From the IMG/VR virus record IMGVR_UViG_3300021142_000007, positions 32,001 to 96,000 of that record: a stretch of DNA of 64,000 nt. One strand, 5' to 3'. The notes beneath the pieces were generated by a model, which was given only the letters and a program-made list of their open reading frames with translations, made no database searches and was not told the origin of the DNA. This document shows, piece after piece, positions 38,905 to 49,040 of this stretch. Numbering within the stretch: position 1 is the stretch's first letter; the number at the start of each line of letters is the position of its first letter. Position numbers and translations under genes: made by a program. Source of the stretch: a virus.

Positions 38905-39165
38905 TTAAGAAACAAATATATTAAGATTATCTTCTCCTTCACCACAGCCATTTCCTTTACCACTGCCATTACCCCAACCATTTCCAGAACCATTGCCATA
39001 GCCATAGCCCGTGCCACTACCCCAGCCATCACCCCATCCATAGCCATTTCCTTTACCACTGCCATTGCCATAACCATTTCCTTGTCCTGTAGTGCTTCCT
39101 CTACCATCTGCGGTTCCAAACCCAAAGAATAAGTCTAGGTTCTTTCCATATGATTTTACTTCCAT
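38905..39165 (-). CDS. Gly-rich paralog 15
   Basis: Leader MEVKSYGKNLD. Confidence 0.8.
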   Translation of the reverse strand: MEVKSYGKNLDLFFGFGTADGRGSTTGQGNGYGNGSGKGNGYGWGDGWGSGTGYGYGNGSGNGWGNGSGKGNGCGEGEDNLNIFVS

Positions 39166-39182
39166 ATATCTATCGTTTTTAG

Positions 39183-39439
39183 CTATTCAAAATAATTACC
39201 TGCTCCATCACCACTGCCTTCGCCCCATCCATTGCCAGTGCCAGAACCTCTACCATCGCCCTTGTTCCAGCGATTACCATGACCACCACCATCAGCTGGT
39301 CCATAACTCATACCATATCCAAATAAAAAGCCTCGAATTGGTTCATTTTGACCGCAGCCAAAACAAACCAATCCAAAGCTATGATTTTTTTATCAAGGGT
39401 ATCTCTACCTGTAGTTATTCCGTTAGATAGAACATTCAT
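39183..39439 (-). pseudogene. Gly-rich paralog 16, frameshifted (probably at an A7 run)
   Basis: ATG 39439 gives leader-like MNVLSNG; the Gly-rich frame needs one extra base; A7 at 39385-39391. Confidence 0.6.
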
Positions 39440-40165
39440 TTAGGACTGAGCAATAAGCTTTGCGAAGTATTGTTCAGCTGTAAGAGGCACGATTTCACCT
39501 GAAGGTATGATTTCAGAGTCCATTTCAAACAAGAGAACATCGCCTTGTCTCTTGATGTACTTGATATGTGGTATCATGTTCTCGTATACACGAATGGTTG
39601 AAGCAATAGCTTCCAGCGCACCATTATGAGCATACTTTTCTTCAATCCACAACCAGTGTTCTTTGTTGGTTGTTGTACACCAGCACTTCACGCAGTAGTT
39701 ATCCTCGATACCCAGCGTAGAGCAGTCTATCTTATGGAGTTCATAGATGACATCGTAGTTTCTTAGCTTATACGAGCCATCTTCGTTGTATACACGATGT
39801 GTTACGTTTTTACCTTCAACGTTAATCCTAGTATTACCCAAGTTCTGAATCATTTCAGATACGTTTATGGAACCAAACACGATTGCTCTGAAGGTAGAAT
39901 TTGAAATTTCAAATGCTTCCTTGTATGAGAAAGGCTTTGCTTGATTGAAGTAATACAATAGAAGGTCTGCTTGATTCAAGCGGTCATTTGCTTCTAGTTG
40001 TATAAGAGACTCTTTGAGAGGTCTTATGAAGGAATCCATGAAGCGTTCTTTATTACGCATAAGGCCCTTGAGGTATCTCGCGAAGTCAGGCAAGCTAACA
40101 TCATCGATGTATGAGTCTTTTTCGATATCGTATTCGATATTTGGAAGAAGAGGAATTTTTTGCAT
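39440..40165 (-). CDS. DUF6745-related protein with C-terminal RQGD motif; paralog of 16424..17101
   Basis: YELH...VKCWCTTTNKEHWLWI...ALEAIAST...RQGDV...LIAQS. Confidence 0.7.
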   Translation of the reverse strand: MQKIPLLPNIEYDIEKDSYIDDVSLPDFARYLKGLMRNKERFMDSFIRPLKESLIQLEANDRLNQADLLLYYFNQAKPFSYKEAFEISNSTFRAIVFGSINVSEMIQNLGNTRINVEGKNVTHRVYNEDGSYKLRNYDVIYELHKIDCSTLGIEDNYCVKCWCTTTNKEHWLWIEEKYAHNGALEAIASTIRVYENMIPHIKYIKRQGDVLLFEMDSEIIPSGEIVPLTAEQYFAKLIAQS

Positions 40166-40233
40166 ATGATAATTTTTTAATGAATTAGTAAAATGGTCAT
40201 GACGAATGTGTCATGACCATTGGGGTTACTGGA

Positions 40234-40554
40234 TTAGAGAGTCCACACAGGAATCATGTCCAGATTTTTTTTGCCGTTTTCAGAAACGGTGATTACTTCG
40301 ATTGCCATCAGCTTGATGCTTGACACTTCAAGCGTGAATTTGCATTCGGTTGGTTTCGCAGAACCATTTTCAGACAAGTCTGAAAGCGTATTGGCACCAG
40401 CCCAAGACCAGAGTCTCCTTGTTTGTACGAGTTCAACAGCGTAGTGACCGTCATGAGCAGGTTCACATGACTTAAGGAAACCAAAGTGAACACCTGCTGA
40501 GTAGGTTCTGATACATACGTAAGGGTAGCCATCTGCGTTAACGTTTTTCTTCAT
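40234..40554 (-). CDS. DUF6948-like protein
   Basis: YVCIRTYSAGVHFG...RRLWSWAGANTLSDLSENG. Confidence 0.75.
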   Translation of the reverse strand: MKKNVNADGYPYVCIRTYSAGVHFGFLKSCEPAHDGHYAVELVQTRRLWSWAGANTLSDLSENGSAKPTECKFTLEVSSIKLMAIEVITVSENGKKNLDMIPVWTL

Positions 40555-40662
40555 TTTTTGTTTTTTTGTTAGTTAGTTAATTAATGATACAAAGGTATAA
40601 AATTTATTTTAAAGATGCAAGTATTTCTGAATTTTTTTTCGAAATAATTTCAGAATGAACTT

Positions 40663-40905
40663 CTAGTCTGAAATGGAGTACCCTTTAAGTCTACCACAAC
40701 TGATATTAGAAAAGATACCACCTTGGCCAGAACCAGAGCCATGTCCAAAACCACAGCCCACACCATCACCTTTACCATTACCAATTCCGCTACAGCTTGA
40801 ACTACCAACTCCGCTACCAAATCCGCTTCCACGACCACTTCCATCACCTTTTTTATAAGGCGAAATAATACTATCTGGATTTCTACCGTATGACTTTATT
40901 TCCAT
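40663..40905 (-). CDS. Gly-rich paralog 17
   Basis: Leader MEIKSYGRNPD. Confidence 0.8.
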   Translation of the reverse strand: MEIKSYGRNPDSIISPYKKGDGSGRGSGFGSGVGSSSCSGIGNGKGDGVGCGFGHGSGSGQGGIFSNISCGRLKGYSISD

Positions 40906-40910
40906 ATAAC

Positions 40911-41153
40911 TTATCCTTTACCATTTCCATAACCATCTCCACGACCAAAAGACCTTACCCTAGACTCAGCGAGAATACAATAACCCATATCAGTACCAGT
41001 GCCATCACCATAACCCTTACCATATCCAGTGCCATCACCCTTACCATATCCAGTGCCATAACCCTTTCCATTTCCTTTGGTACCGCCCCATCCATCAGCA
41101 TGGCCCCAGCCACAGAATATATCTTGGTTTCTACCGTATGACTTTATTTCCAT
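40911..41153 (-). CDS. Gly-rich paralog 18
   Basis: Leader MEIKSYGRNQD. Confidence 0.8.
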   Translation of the reverse strand: MEIKSYGRNQDIFCGWGHADGWGGTKGNGKGYGTGYGKGDGTGYGKGYGDGTGTDMGYCILAESRVRSFGRGDGYGNGKG

Positions 41154-41158
41154 ATAAC

Positions 41159-41416
41159 TTATCCTTTACCATTTCCCTTTCCACCGCCATCACCACGACC
41201 TTCTGCTCGGCATCTTCCATTAGCACCACCAAATCCATCTCCCCATCCAAGTCCCTGTCCAGTTCCCCAATTATAACCATCATCATAGCCATCACCGCTG
41301 CCATCACCCATACCACCTCCATCTCCATCTCCGTTACCATTACCACATCCATCAGCATCGCCATGAGACCAACCCCATTCTTGTTTAACTATTCTTCCGT
41401 GTGATAATACTTCCAT
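41159..41416 (-). CDS. Gly-rich paralog 19
   Basis: Leader MEVLSHGR. Confidence 0.75.
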   Translation of the reverse strand: MEVLSHGRIVKQEWGWSHGDADGCGNGNGDGDGGGMGDGSGDGYDDGYNWGTGQGLGWGDGFGGANGRCRAEGRGDGGGKGNGKG

Positions 41417-41486
41417 GTCTCGTATTTAAGAAATAAAAAAAGGCTATATATTACTATAGCCTTTTGTTTTATTCATCTTAGATGAA

Positions 41487-41723
41487 TTAGTCAAAAGCGT
41501 TTACCATTTGACCAGTCAAAGGGTTCACCTCTTGCTGTGTCAACTTGATTACGTGTGCGCTTTCGGTTACTACTACACCGTGTTCACCGTGGAGTACTAC
41601 GCCTTGGCCTTCGCATTCAAGGACAAGTCCGTTAAGGTTGTCAAGCTTACGCTTAAGGGTAACTTCACCATTGATGGTGTGTGTGTTGGTCGATGGTTCT
41701 AGGACCAGTGTGTTTTTGCTCAT
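41487..41723 (-). CDS. small His-containing beta protein; paralog of 19202..19462
   Basis: NTH...HGEH...QQEVNPL...FD; ATG 41723. Confidence 0.7.
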   Translation of the reverse strand: MSKNTLVLEPSTNTHTINGEVTLKRKLDNLNGLVLECEGQGVVLHGEHGVVVTESAHVIKLTQQEVNPLTGQMVNAFD

Positions 41724-41726
41724 AGC

Positions 41727-42198
41727 TTTTTGTTTTTGGTTTTTATTAATAATACAAAGGTACGTATAATATTTGAGAAATTCAAGCTTTATTCGAAATT
41801 TATTTTTTATATATTGTATATCAATCGAATAAGCATTGCCCCACATGCCATACCTATTATAAATATGCATATCAAGGATAAAAGGAAGCTTGTGTTTTCG
41901 TTCATGGGTTAAACGATTTATGAAAATCTACTTAAGAAGTTAAGAAACGTTAAGGCTATTAACAGAATGTTTATTATTGGTAGCAAAGAAATACCAAATG
42001 CTAGCATCCCTAGATAAAGGTTCTTCCAGTTTCTAGGATTGCGTATGGCATTACCCAATAGCAATTTATCAATGTAATAGCTTCTATAGAGCCAGTATAG
42101 TCCACATAGGACACCAATCGTGTATATCATAGTATTTTTGTTTTTGGTTTTTATTAATAATACAAAGGTACGTATAATATTTGAGAAATTCAAGCTTT
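41727..42198. repeat. exact 64-bp direct repeat of a promoter unit (41727-41790 and 42135-42198)
   Basis: Identical sequence containing the reverse complement of TACCTTTG. Confidence 0.9.
41918..42130 (-). CDS. small membrane protein
   Basis: Two hydrophobic segments. Confidence 0.6.
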   Translation of the reverse strand: MIYTIGVLCGLYWLYRSYYIDKLLLGNAIRNPRNWKNLYLGMLAFGISLLPIINILLIALTFLNFLSRFS

Positions 42199-42818
42199 TA
42201 GGAAATTTTTTTGTATATTTTTTCGATATCTTTGAGATGTACTATTCCTTCTTCTATAGGTAAGTAACTTATACCATATAAAGACATCAACTTATATAGC
42301 TGCTTTATATGTTCTTTTGGATATGACTTACAACCGAACTTGACGTTAGATTCAGATACTTCCATGCGATGACCAAGTATCTGAACGCCATTATGTTTAT
42401 CTATTTCTTGCTGTGTTGCTTTTCTGAAGTAATTCGGATACTGGTCAATATATAAAACATGACCTTCATCTGAAATGGCAACCTTAAAATTACTCTTAGT
42501 GTTTCCATTAGGGGCACCAATAAGGTCAACTCTAATAACGTCACCAACATGAGCCGCAGCTTTATACATGGGATGGTTTGTGTTATTACCGCCATCTCCA
42601 AGGACGTATATGTAGTCACCAACCTTATATTCGTCTTCATATACCGCATCAAACCATATATCAAGAACCTTAGCGTCTTGCGCCTTGTCTATGCTTACGA
42701 TATCGTTTGATACTAAGAAACATCCGTTATCATATATGTAAGAATCTATACCAAAGAACTTCCCAGCATCCGCTGCGCTTACGGTTCCATTAAGCTTATA
42801 TCCGATTATTTTTTTCAT
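42198..42818 (-). CDS. hypothetical protein
   Basis: 206-aa ORF with own promoter. Confidence 0.7.
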   Translation of the reverse strand: MKKIIGYKLNGTVSAADAGKFFGIDSYIYDNGCFLVSNDIVSIDKAQDAKVLDIWFDAVYEDEYKVGDYIYVLGDGGNNTNHPMYKAAAHVGDVIRVDLIGAPNGNTKSNFKVAISDEGHVLYIDQYPNYFRKATQQEIDKHNGVQILGHRMEVSESNVKFGCKSYPKEHIKQLYKLMSLYGISYLPIEEGIVHLKDIEKIYKKIS

Positions 42819-42877
42819 TGTTTTTTGTTTTATGCTACAAAGGTACTAATAATTTTTGTAATTTCCAAATAAGTAGT

Positions 42878-43186
42878 TTACATATCCAAATTACGTCTGG
42901 AGATATCGATGCTGTCGCTTACGCTATACTTATACTTCGTTACGTTAATGATAAAACCCTTGATTGAATCACCAGCCTTATACTGATTATATGTTTTTTG
43001 ACATACTTCATACTCATGAGCCTCTGAACCATCATAGACTTGTAAGTAATACGTATCGTATTTACCACCAAACATTTCTTTTTTAAGAACAACAACGGTT
43101 GTATCGGTTAGTGTTCTGTATGTTTTGTAATCGTTGCAGCTTGACAACAAAAGCAGAGAGAATAAGATAAGGGTTATTTTTTTCAT
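42878..43186 (-). CDS. putative lipoprotein
   Basis: MKKITLILFSLLLLSSC lipobox. Confidence 0.7.
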   Translation of the reverse strand: MKKITLILFSLLLLSSCNDYKTYRTLTDTTVVVLKKEMFGGKYDTYYLQVYDGSEAHEYEVCQKTYNQYKAGDSIKGFIINVTKYKYSVSDSIDISRRNLDM

Positions 43187-43188
43187 AT

Positions 43189-44118
43189 TTATTTTTTTCT
43201 TGTTGGTATTAAACAAAGGTTGTCAGTAGAATCTTTCTTTATTTCCCAATCAAATTTATCATTTAGATAGAACGCTTTGTTTACATATTCAGACCCACTT
43301 CTAATAGCAATCATTGAATCAACTTTATACCCATCTTTTTTAAACAATTCTAACTCATCAACCCTACCCTTGCTCAAATCAATTTCTTTGGTTTTCAAGA
43401 ACGGAAATTCTTTTTCCATTCTTTGTTTCCAAAGACCACAGCAATTATTTTCGTAGTATTGTTTTATGAAGTCTTCGGTTGTTTCACCCGTGAAGCCATC
43501 AACATTTTCTCTTACGAGTTTTTGTTGTTCTGCATTCATGGCTTTAAACCCTTCCTGAAGGAATGATAGATTGATACTTATCTTTTTCATTTGTTTTGGT
43601 GTTTCTTGTTTTAAAACGTGTTTGATAAATTGTTCTGTTGTTATTTTTTCATACCCAGAAAAGTCTTCATCATCTAAAAATTCTCTTTCTTCATCACCAT
43701 AATAGTAGCTACCATCTGGGTGATATGATAGTATTAACTCATTTTCATGTACCGTAATACCAGCAAGAAAGGTAGCCACGCTATTTTTCCATTCATTGAG
43801 CATTTGTTTGTTCTCTGGTGTAACAACACAATACCATTTTTCTGGAAGTTCAACGCCATTTACAATTTCATCCCACTCTTCAAGGGTTAGTTCTACGGTA
43901 CCTTCAGGAAACTCCCCAAGTTCAACACGCCAACCCGTATTTCCACAATCACAAGTTCTTAATAATCCCACTCCGTAGTAAGCATCAAGACACCCAGACC
44001 AAGGAGAATCAGCATATCCATTTTTCTTGCAGTAGTCATTAAGCCAAGATATGTATTTATCCCATAAAGGGTTATTTGAATCTCTTTTAATTGCAAAGAG
44101 ATTAGGTAGTTGTTTCAT
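43189..44118 (-). CDS. hypothetical protein
   Basis: 309-aa ORF with own promoter. Confidence 0.7.
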   Translation of the reverse strand: MKQLPNLFAIKRDSNNPLWDKYISWLNDYCKKNGYADSPWSGCLDAYYGVGLLRTCDCGNTGWRVELGEFPEGTVELTLEEWDEIVNGVELPEKWYCVVTPENKQMLNEWKNSVATFLAGITVHENELILSYHPDGSYYYGDEEREFLDDEDFSGYEKITTEQFIKHVLKQETPKQMKKISINLSFLQEGFKAMNAEQQKLVRENVDGFTGETTEDFIKQYYENNCCGLWKQRMEKEFPFLKTKEIDLSKGRVDELELFKKDGYKVDSMIAIRSGSEYVNKAFYLNDKFDWEIKKDSTDNLCLIPTRKK

Positions 44119-44169
44119 TGTTTTTTTGTTTATGATACAAAGGTAATAATACTTTTTGTAATTACCAAA

Positions 44170-45003
44170 TTATTCTTCAATAATACTTAAAATACCACCA
44201 AAATGGTCGGTGTCTTTAGCTTGTCTTTTACCATCCTTAACTAAGTAATCTTTTGCTAGGTCAATTGCACAGCAAGCCGTATTATAACTTTTTTTCTTGT
44301 ATTCTTCGTTGAATGAATTAAGCCATTTTTCATCACATGATGTTAGGATGTCGTAGGCTTCATCAACAGATTCTGGTATGAGAAGCTTAACCAGCTTTTT
44401 TCTGAGGTATGTTTTTTCTCTTTGTGTCATTAGTTCATATGCATTAGGGTTTCAGCAACACCTACCTTAAAGGTTTTAACACCTTCTTTTCTATCTAAGC
44501 TGGGGATGTATGCAGATACGATATAACCTTCTAGGTAGGGTTCACACTTAAGAATAATGGTTTCATCTACGTTCCACTTTTCTTTTTCGTGAATGATTTG
44601 TTTTATCGCATTTTCAAAATTTCTTGTCATTAGTCCAGTATATCTGTTATGTCATCAAAAACATCTTCTAATGCTTCGCTGAAGTCTATGCGAAATAATA
44701 CTAGTATCGTTACTAGGATTATAGCTATGAGTATACAAGTATAAATCATAGGTTATTTATTATTTTTGATAGCATTAGTTCTCTAATCTTTATCTTAGAA
44801 GATATACCTTCAGCAGTCTCGGTATAACCATATTCTTTGGCTTCTGCCAATTCGATATATAGGTCATCCAATTCATCCTTCAGGCTTTCAGCCAAATCAT
44901 AATCGTTTATGGGTTCGGTATTTGATTCATCCTTAGAAAGGATACTAATAGCTATTAAGAACCCCAAAAAACCGCATCCAAGCATGTATAGTATTTCCAT
45001 CAT
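44170..45003 (-). CDS. small hypothetical genes (44170-44430, 44430-44630, 44746-45003)
   Basis: ORF track. Confidence 0.6.
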
Positions 45004-45072
45004 ATAGTTTCTGATATTTTTTTTTTGAATTATAATGCAAAGGTATGTAATCTTTTTCAGACTTACAAGCTT

Positions 45073-45339
45073 TTATAAATAAAAATTTTTCCAATTACCA
45101 CTACCATCGCCACTACCATCGCCACCACCATTACCACTTCCTTCTCCATGTCCCCAGCCATGTCCAGAGCCATAACCTTCGCCAGAGCCATGACCCCATC
45201 CATTTCCGTTTCCAATGCTATTTCCATCTCCCAACCCACTTCCATCTCCACCTCCCCATCCACCAGCATCGCCAGAGCCATCAGCCCAAAAATGAACATG
45301 GGTTGTATCTAAGTTCTTTCCGTATGAATTAATTTCCAT
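45073..45339 (-). CDS. Gly-rich paralog 20
   Basis: Leader MEINSYGKNLD. Confidence 0.8.
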   Translation of the reverse strand: MEINSYGKNLDTTHVHFWADGSGDAGGWGGGDGSGLGDGNSIGNGNGWGHGSGEGYGSGHGWGHGEGSGNGGGDGSGDGSGNWKNFYL

Positions 45340-45935
45340 TAGTATTTGGCCCAGTATCTAAGTACATAATTTCTTGTTTCTTCTGGCAAGTCAGAATAGT
45401 TCGCTCCTCTGCTATACCAAGCTTGAAAGTTTCCCCAACCCCAGTTATAGATGATTAGCTTATAGTTAAGGCTATTTGCAATACCAGCTTGCTTGAGGTA
45501 CAATGGAATTTGTTCTCCTAGCAACCATTCACCTATCTTGACATTGTATTTTCTTATGAATAAGTCTTCATAGGAATAGCGTTCTTTTGGATGATTGATG
45601 TTCCATTCATCCAAGCCAGCTTGTGTAACTTGCATAGAACCAACAGCGTTCATAACCGATGTCTTGTAGTCCTTATCGCCAGACTCAATCATACGAACTT
45701 GGTCATAGTCTAGGTCCGTAAGGAATTTGCTTGCGCTATCGCGTGTTACAACAAATGGCTTTAAGACCTTCGGAATGGATGTATACTTCAGACTAAATCC
45801 TGTACTGAAGCCAATCATGACGAACATGATGAAAGCGAAGGTTATTGGCTTCATCATTATTTTCCAATAAGGGACGTGTACTTCTCTAAGAAGTTCGTCT
45901 CTGTAGTATAGCGTTTTTGTTTTTAGTAATTTCAT
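45339..45935 (-). CDS. membrane-anchored lytic transglycosylase (SLT/lysozyme-like)
   Basis: TM segment; IES, AVGSMQVT, YNWG, ETRNYV motifs. Confidence 0.75.
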   Translation of the reverse strand: MKLLKTKTLYYRDELLREVHVPYWKIMMKPITFAFIMFVMIGFSTGFSLKYTSIPKVLKPFVVTRDSASKFLTDLDYDQVRMIESGDKDYKTSVMNAVGSMQVTQAGLDEWNINHPKERYSYEDLFIRKYNVKIGEWLLGEQIPLYLKQAGIANSLNYKLIIYNWGWGNFQAWYSRGANYSDLPEETRNYVLRYWAKY

Positions 45936-45980
45936 GATACAAAGGTAAAATTAATAAATGAAAACTGCAAGTATATCTAC

Positions 45981-46358
45981 TTATTTTTTTTCTGGATTAT
46001 CTTTAAGTTCTTCTTCGACCCGTTCTTTGTTCTTGAAACAGTGACCAATGCCCATCTTTCCCCAATTATCAATAAAATGCTTATGTATTTCGGATTGAAC
46101 AAAAGCCTTATCTCTTGGCTTCTGCCAGTTAGGGTCCGTAACGAAGACTTCCGCTCTTGATAATTGGAAGTTTGATTCGGTCAATAGCTTTTGAAGCATA
46201 TGGTATCTTATGCTCAACAACTTAGTGAATTTGTCCCAAGCCGAATCCGTTTCAGCAAGTACGAATAACAAACCATTTTCAAAAGAAGATAAGCTTGCTT
46301 CTTTATTTCGAACCGCATCAACCATTCTAGCTATTTCATCAAAGTCTTTTTGTTTCAT
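45981..46358 (-). CDS. hypothetical protein
   Basis: ORF. Confidence 0.6.
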   Translation of the reverse strand: MKQKDFDEIARMVDAVRNKEASLSSFENGLLFVLAETDSAWDKFTKLLSIRYHMLQKLLTESNFQLSRAEVFVTDPNWQKPRDKAFVQSEIHKHFIDNWGKMGIGHCFKNKERVEEELKDNPEKK

Positions 46359-46594
46359 GTGTGTTTTAGTTTTTTATTTGTGTATCCAAAGTCTTTTATA
46401 AAGTGACCCTTACCACGACCAAACCCATCTCCCTTGCCATCACCAGTTCCATTTGAACACTTATGATTAATACTCAAACGATAGCCTCTTCCATCACCAT
46501 TACCAGCACCATTTCCTTTTCCAGAAACAGTTCCTCGTCCAACGCCACGCCCATCTAGGGTTCTCGCATCAATTCCGTTTGTGAGTACTATCAT
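46355..46594 (-). CDS. Gly-rich paralog 21 (divergent leader)
   Basis: MIVLTNGID + (G-x)n. Confidence 0.65.
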   Translation of the reverse strand: MIVLTNGIDARTLDGRGVGRGTVSGKGNGAGNGDGRGYRLSINHKCSNGTGDGKGDGFGRGKGHFIKDFGYTNKKLKHT

Positions 46595-46850
46595 TTGATA
46601 TGGGTTCTAGTATGGTTTTGTAAACTATTTTTTCATCGTCTTTATCAACCCATTGGGTCTTTACAAGTCTTCCGTTTACGTAATACTTGAGCAGGTTGTA
46701 TTCAATAGTTTTTCCATTTTCATCAATGCCATATTTAACTTCAAAATCCAAAGAAGTATATGACTTATTATATGGAATAGGTTTGATTTGTGTTTTGCAA
46801 CCTGATGCAAATAACACACAGACAAATATAAAAACAAAGATAGATTTCAT
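46569..46850 (-). CDS. putative lipoprotein
   Basis: MKSIFVFIFVCVLFASGC lipobox. Confidence 0.65.
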   Translation of the reverse strand: MKSIFVFIFVCVLFASGCKTQIKPIPYNKSYTSLDFEVKYGIDENGKTIEYNLLKYYVNGRLVKTQWVDKDDEKIVYKTILEPISNDSTHKRN

Positions 46851-47063
46851 GTGATTACTTTTTTTTAGCAAGATTTTGTATCTTGATGTTAGCAAGTTCG
46901 ATTTCTCTTTCAAGGTTTCTTATCTCGGACTTATAGTCTTCGATAGTCTTAGCTGGGGCTTGATACGATGAAGTACCAGCACGTCCATATTGTCTTATGA
47001 TGTTGTTTACGTATGTCTTTTCCATGATGCAAAGGTAAGAAGTATTTTTGATACTTGCAAGTA

Positions 47064-47258
47064 TTAAGGCATAAATTTAAGGCAAAATAAAATAATATAA
47101 ACAAAGATTGAACATATGAATACAGCGGTTCCCCATTCGTCTATCATATAGCCTGTTGCAAACATACTAAACTTAGCATTTATTGCCTTACTAGCTTTAT
47201 AATTCCTTATTGTTGAAACCAAGCCCCAGATGAATACTAGAATTGAAAGTGTATACAT
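47064..47258 (-). CDS. small membrane protein
   Basis: Two hydrophobic segments. Confidence 0.55.
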   Translation of the reverse strand: MYTLSILVFIWGLVSTIRNYKASKAINAKFSMFATGYMIDEWGTAVFICSIFVYIILFCLKFMP

Positions 47259-47570
47259 ATTTAGTCTATTGAAATGATGAATATTTTAATTACCTTATAC
47301 GAAAGATATATCGGCCAGAATACGATTCTCATGACCAAGATGATTTGTGGCGTTGAGTCTGGTATCTCTGATTGGAAGATAACCAACCATAAGATATACC
47401 AGAGTATACCTAGTATATATGCTATTAACATGATTACTTATTTAATCGTTTAAGCCGCTTTGAGTTATATGGAACCAAAGAGTCTACTATGTGAGGACCA
47501 GATAAACCATAATAAAAGAATTTTATCATATGATACAAAGGTATGAAAATAATTTGACTTAACCAAGCTT

Positions 47571-49040
47571 TTAGTAGAGATTATTTTCGATACGTGAAAC
47601 TACTTCATTTTTGATAGCATCGGAAACAACATGATGCTTGTCTATCCAGTTTTTATAATGCGTTTTAAGACTGCTATATAATGGCTTCATGCGCTTAGAA
47701 AGCTTTACTTCAGATGGCTTATCAGCAGCGTTTATCTTACGAAGTTCTTTCAGCAGGTCGCTAAGTTCATCCATGGAATACTCAAGTAGTATTTCACTTG
47801 GTTGTTTTATATGAGGTTTTTGTTTTTGAATACGAATGACCGAACCTTGTCCATGCATTATCTGAATCACATATGACCCCAAGTATATTGCAGTGCCAGT
47901 AAAGTCATTGTAGTATCTAGTGTCTTTGCATGGCTTACCATATACCATAGCATATTCAAAGATGAACCAAAACATAGGTTCACGTGGTTCGTAGCCTAGA
48001 GACATTTCCTTTCTTACATAGGCATCCGAATCATACTTATTGATGTACTTCTCGATTACAGCATCAATCCTATCACCGAACTTCTTATGAAAGCTATTTA
48101 TGTTTTTGGTCAAGCGTTCGTTTAAGAACTTGCGTTCCTTTGCTAGTCTATCAAGTTCTACTTGTGCCTCTGGACTATTGAACCACTCCTCTAGGTCTGT
48201 TATTAAGCTCATTGTTTAGTCTTTTATTGGTGTTAGGTTATACTTTATTTCAAACTTCCAGCAAACCTCACGTAGTCTTTGACTTGTTATTCTATGAAAA
48301 GAAAGCTTTCTTAGCTTTATGATTTCTTCAAGCACAAGTTCTTTATCGGCATCATTCCGCATCATTTCTTCGATTTCGTCTGCCTTGGCACCGAAGGTAT
48401 CGGCAGCTTTGAATATAACGTAATAGGCTATGGTTACAACTAGTGTAAGACCTATGGATGCGATTGCTAGTAGTATTTCTTCTTTCATAGTGTAAAGGTA
48501 TAAAATCTTTTTCTTAAAAACAAGCTTTATTGCTTATATTTTTTCCATCGCTTGATTACTTCTTTATCTGTTCCTAATTGATTGAAGCTATCGGTGTGTG
48601 TCCATGACATCTTTTGATAGTCATAGATTTTCTTTTCACCACACCTCTTGCATATGCACTTATCAGGTAGGCTTGGGAAGTTATATAGCCATTTGTGGCC
48701 GAACACGAGACAAATTAACTTAGTCATTGATTTCCCATTTAACCCTGTTAGGAGACAGGAACTTAGGAATATTGGCATTGATTACCGAACTAATCTCTTG
48801 GTTGCCAGCATTGAGATTGGTTACTTCAACGATTTCAAGTTCCGCGAGGTCTTCGTATATGGCAATTACACGCACTTTCGCGAAGATATCATAGAATAAC
48901 TGATGCGTACCTTCGTTTGAGGTGTTAATGGTCAGCACATCTTTATAGATGCCCACATCTCCAACCTTTGGTCTGCGTTTGCGTCTGAAAAGGCTCTTGA
49001 ATGATACGATTAATTCGATGTCGTTGTTATATTGTTGCAT
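47571..49040 (-). CDS. hypothetical genes (47571-48212, 48216-48488, 48527-48727, 48720-49040)
   Basis: ORF track; 48527 protein has CLVFGHKW...CKRCG motif. Confidence 0.65.

Noticed and set aside
33841-41416. Regularly spaced TTCCGTATGA...TTTCCAT motif as a CRISPR array or DGR
   Set aside because: Repeats are degenerate and protein-coding with ~250-bp spacing; no cas or reverse transcriptase gene in the window
34112-45299. Many alternative-frame and antisense ORFs rich in M/V/A/L or P/H/T/I over the Gly-rich genes
   Set aside because: Shadows of GGN-NNN periodicity; only the Gly frame has the conserved leader and tight start/stop coupling
33841-46594. Classical RiPP cluster
   Set aside because: No recognisable maturase, dedicated protease or exporter beside the array; kept only as a loose analogy
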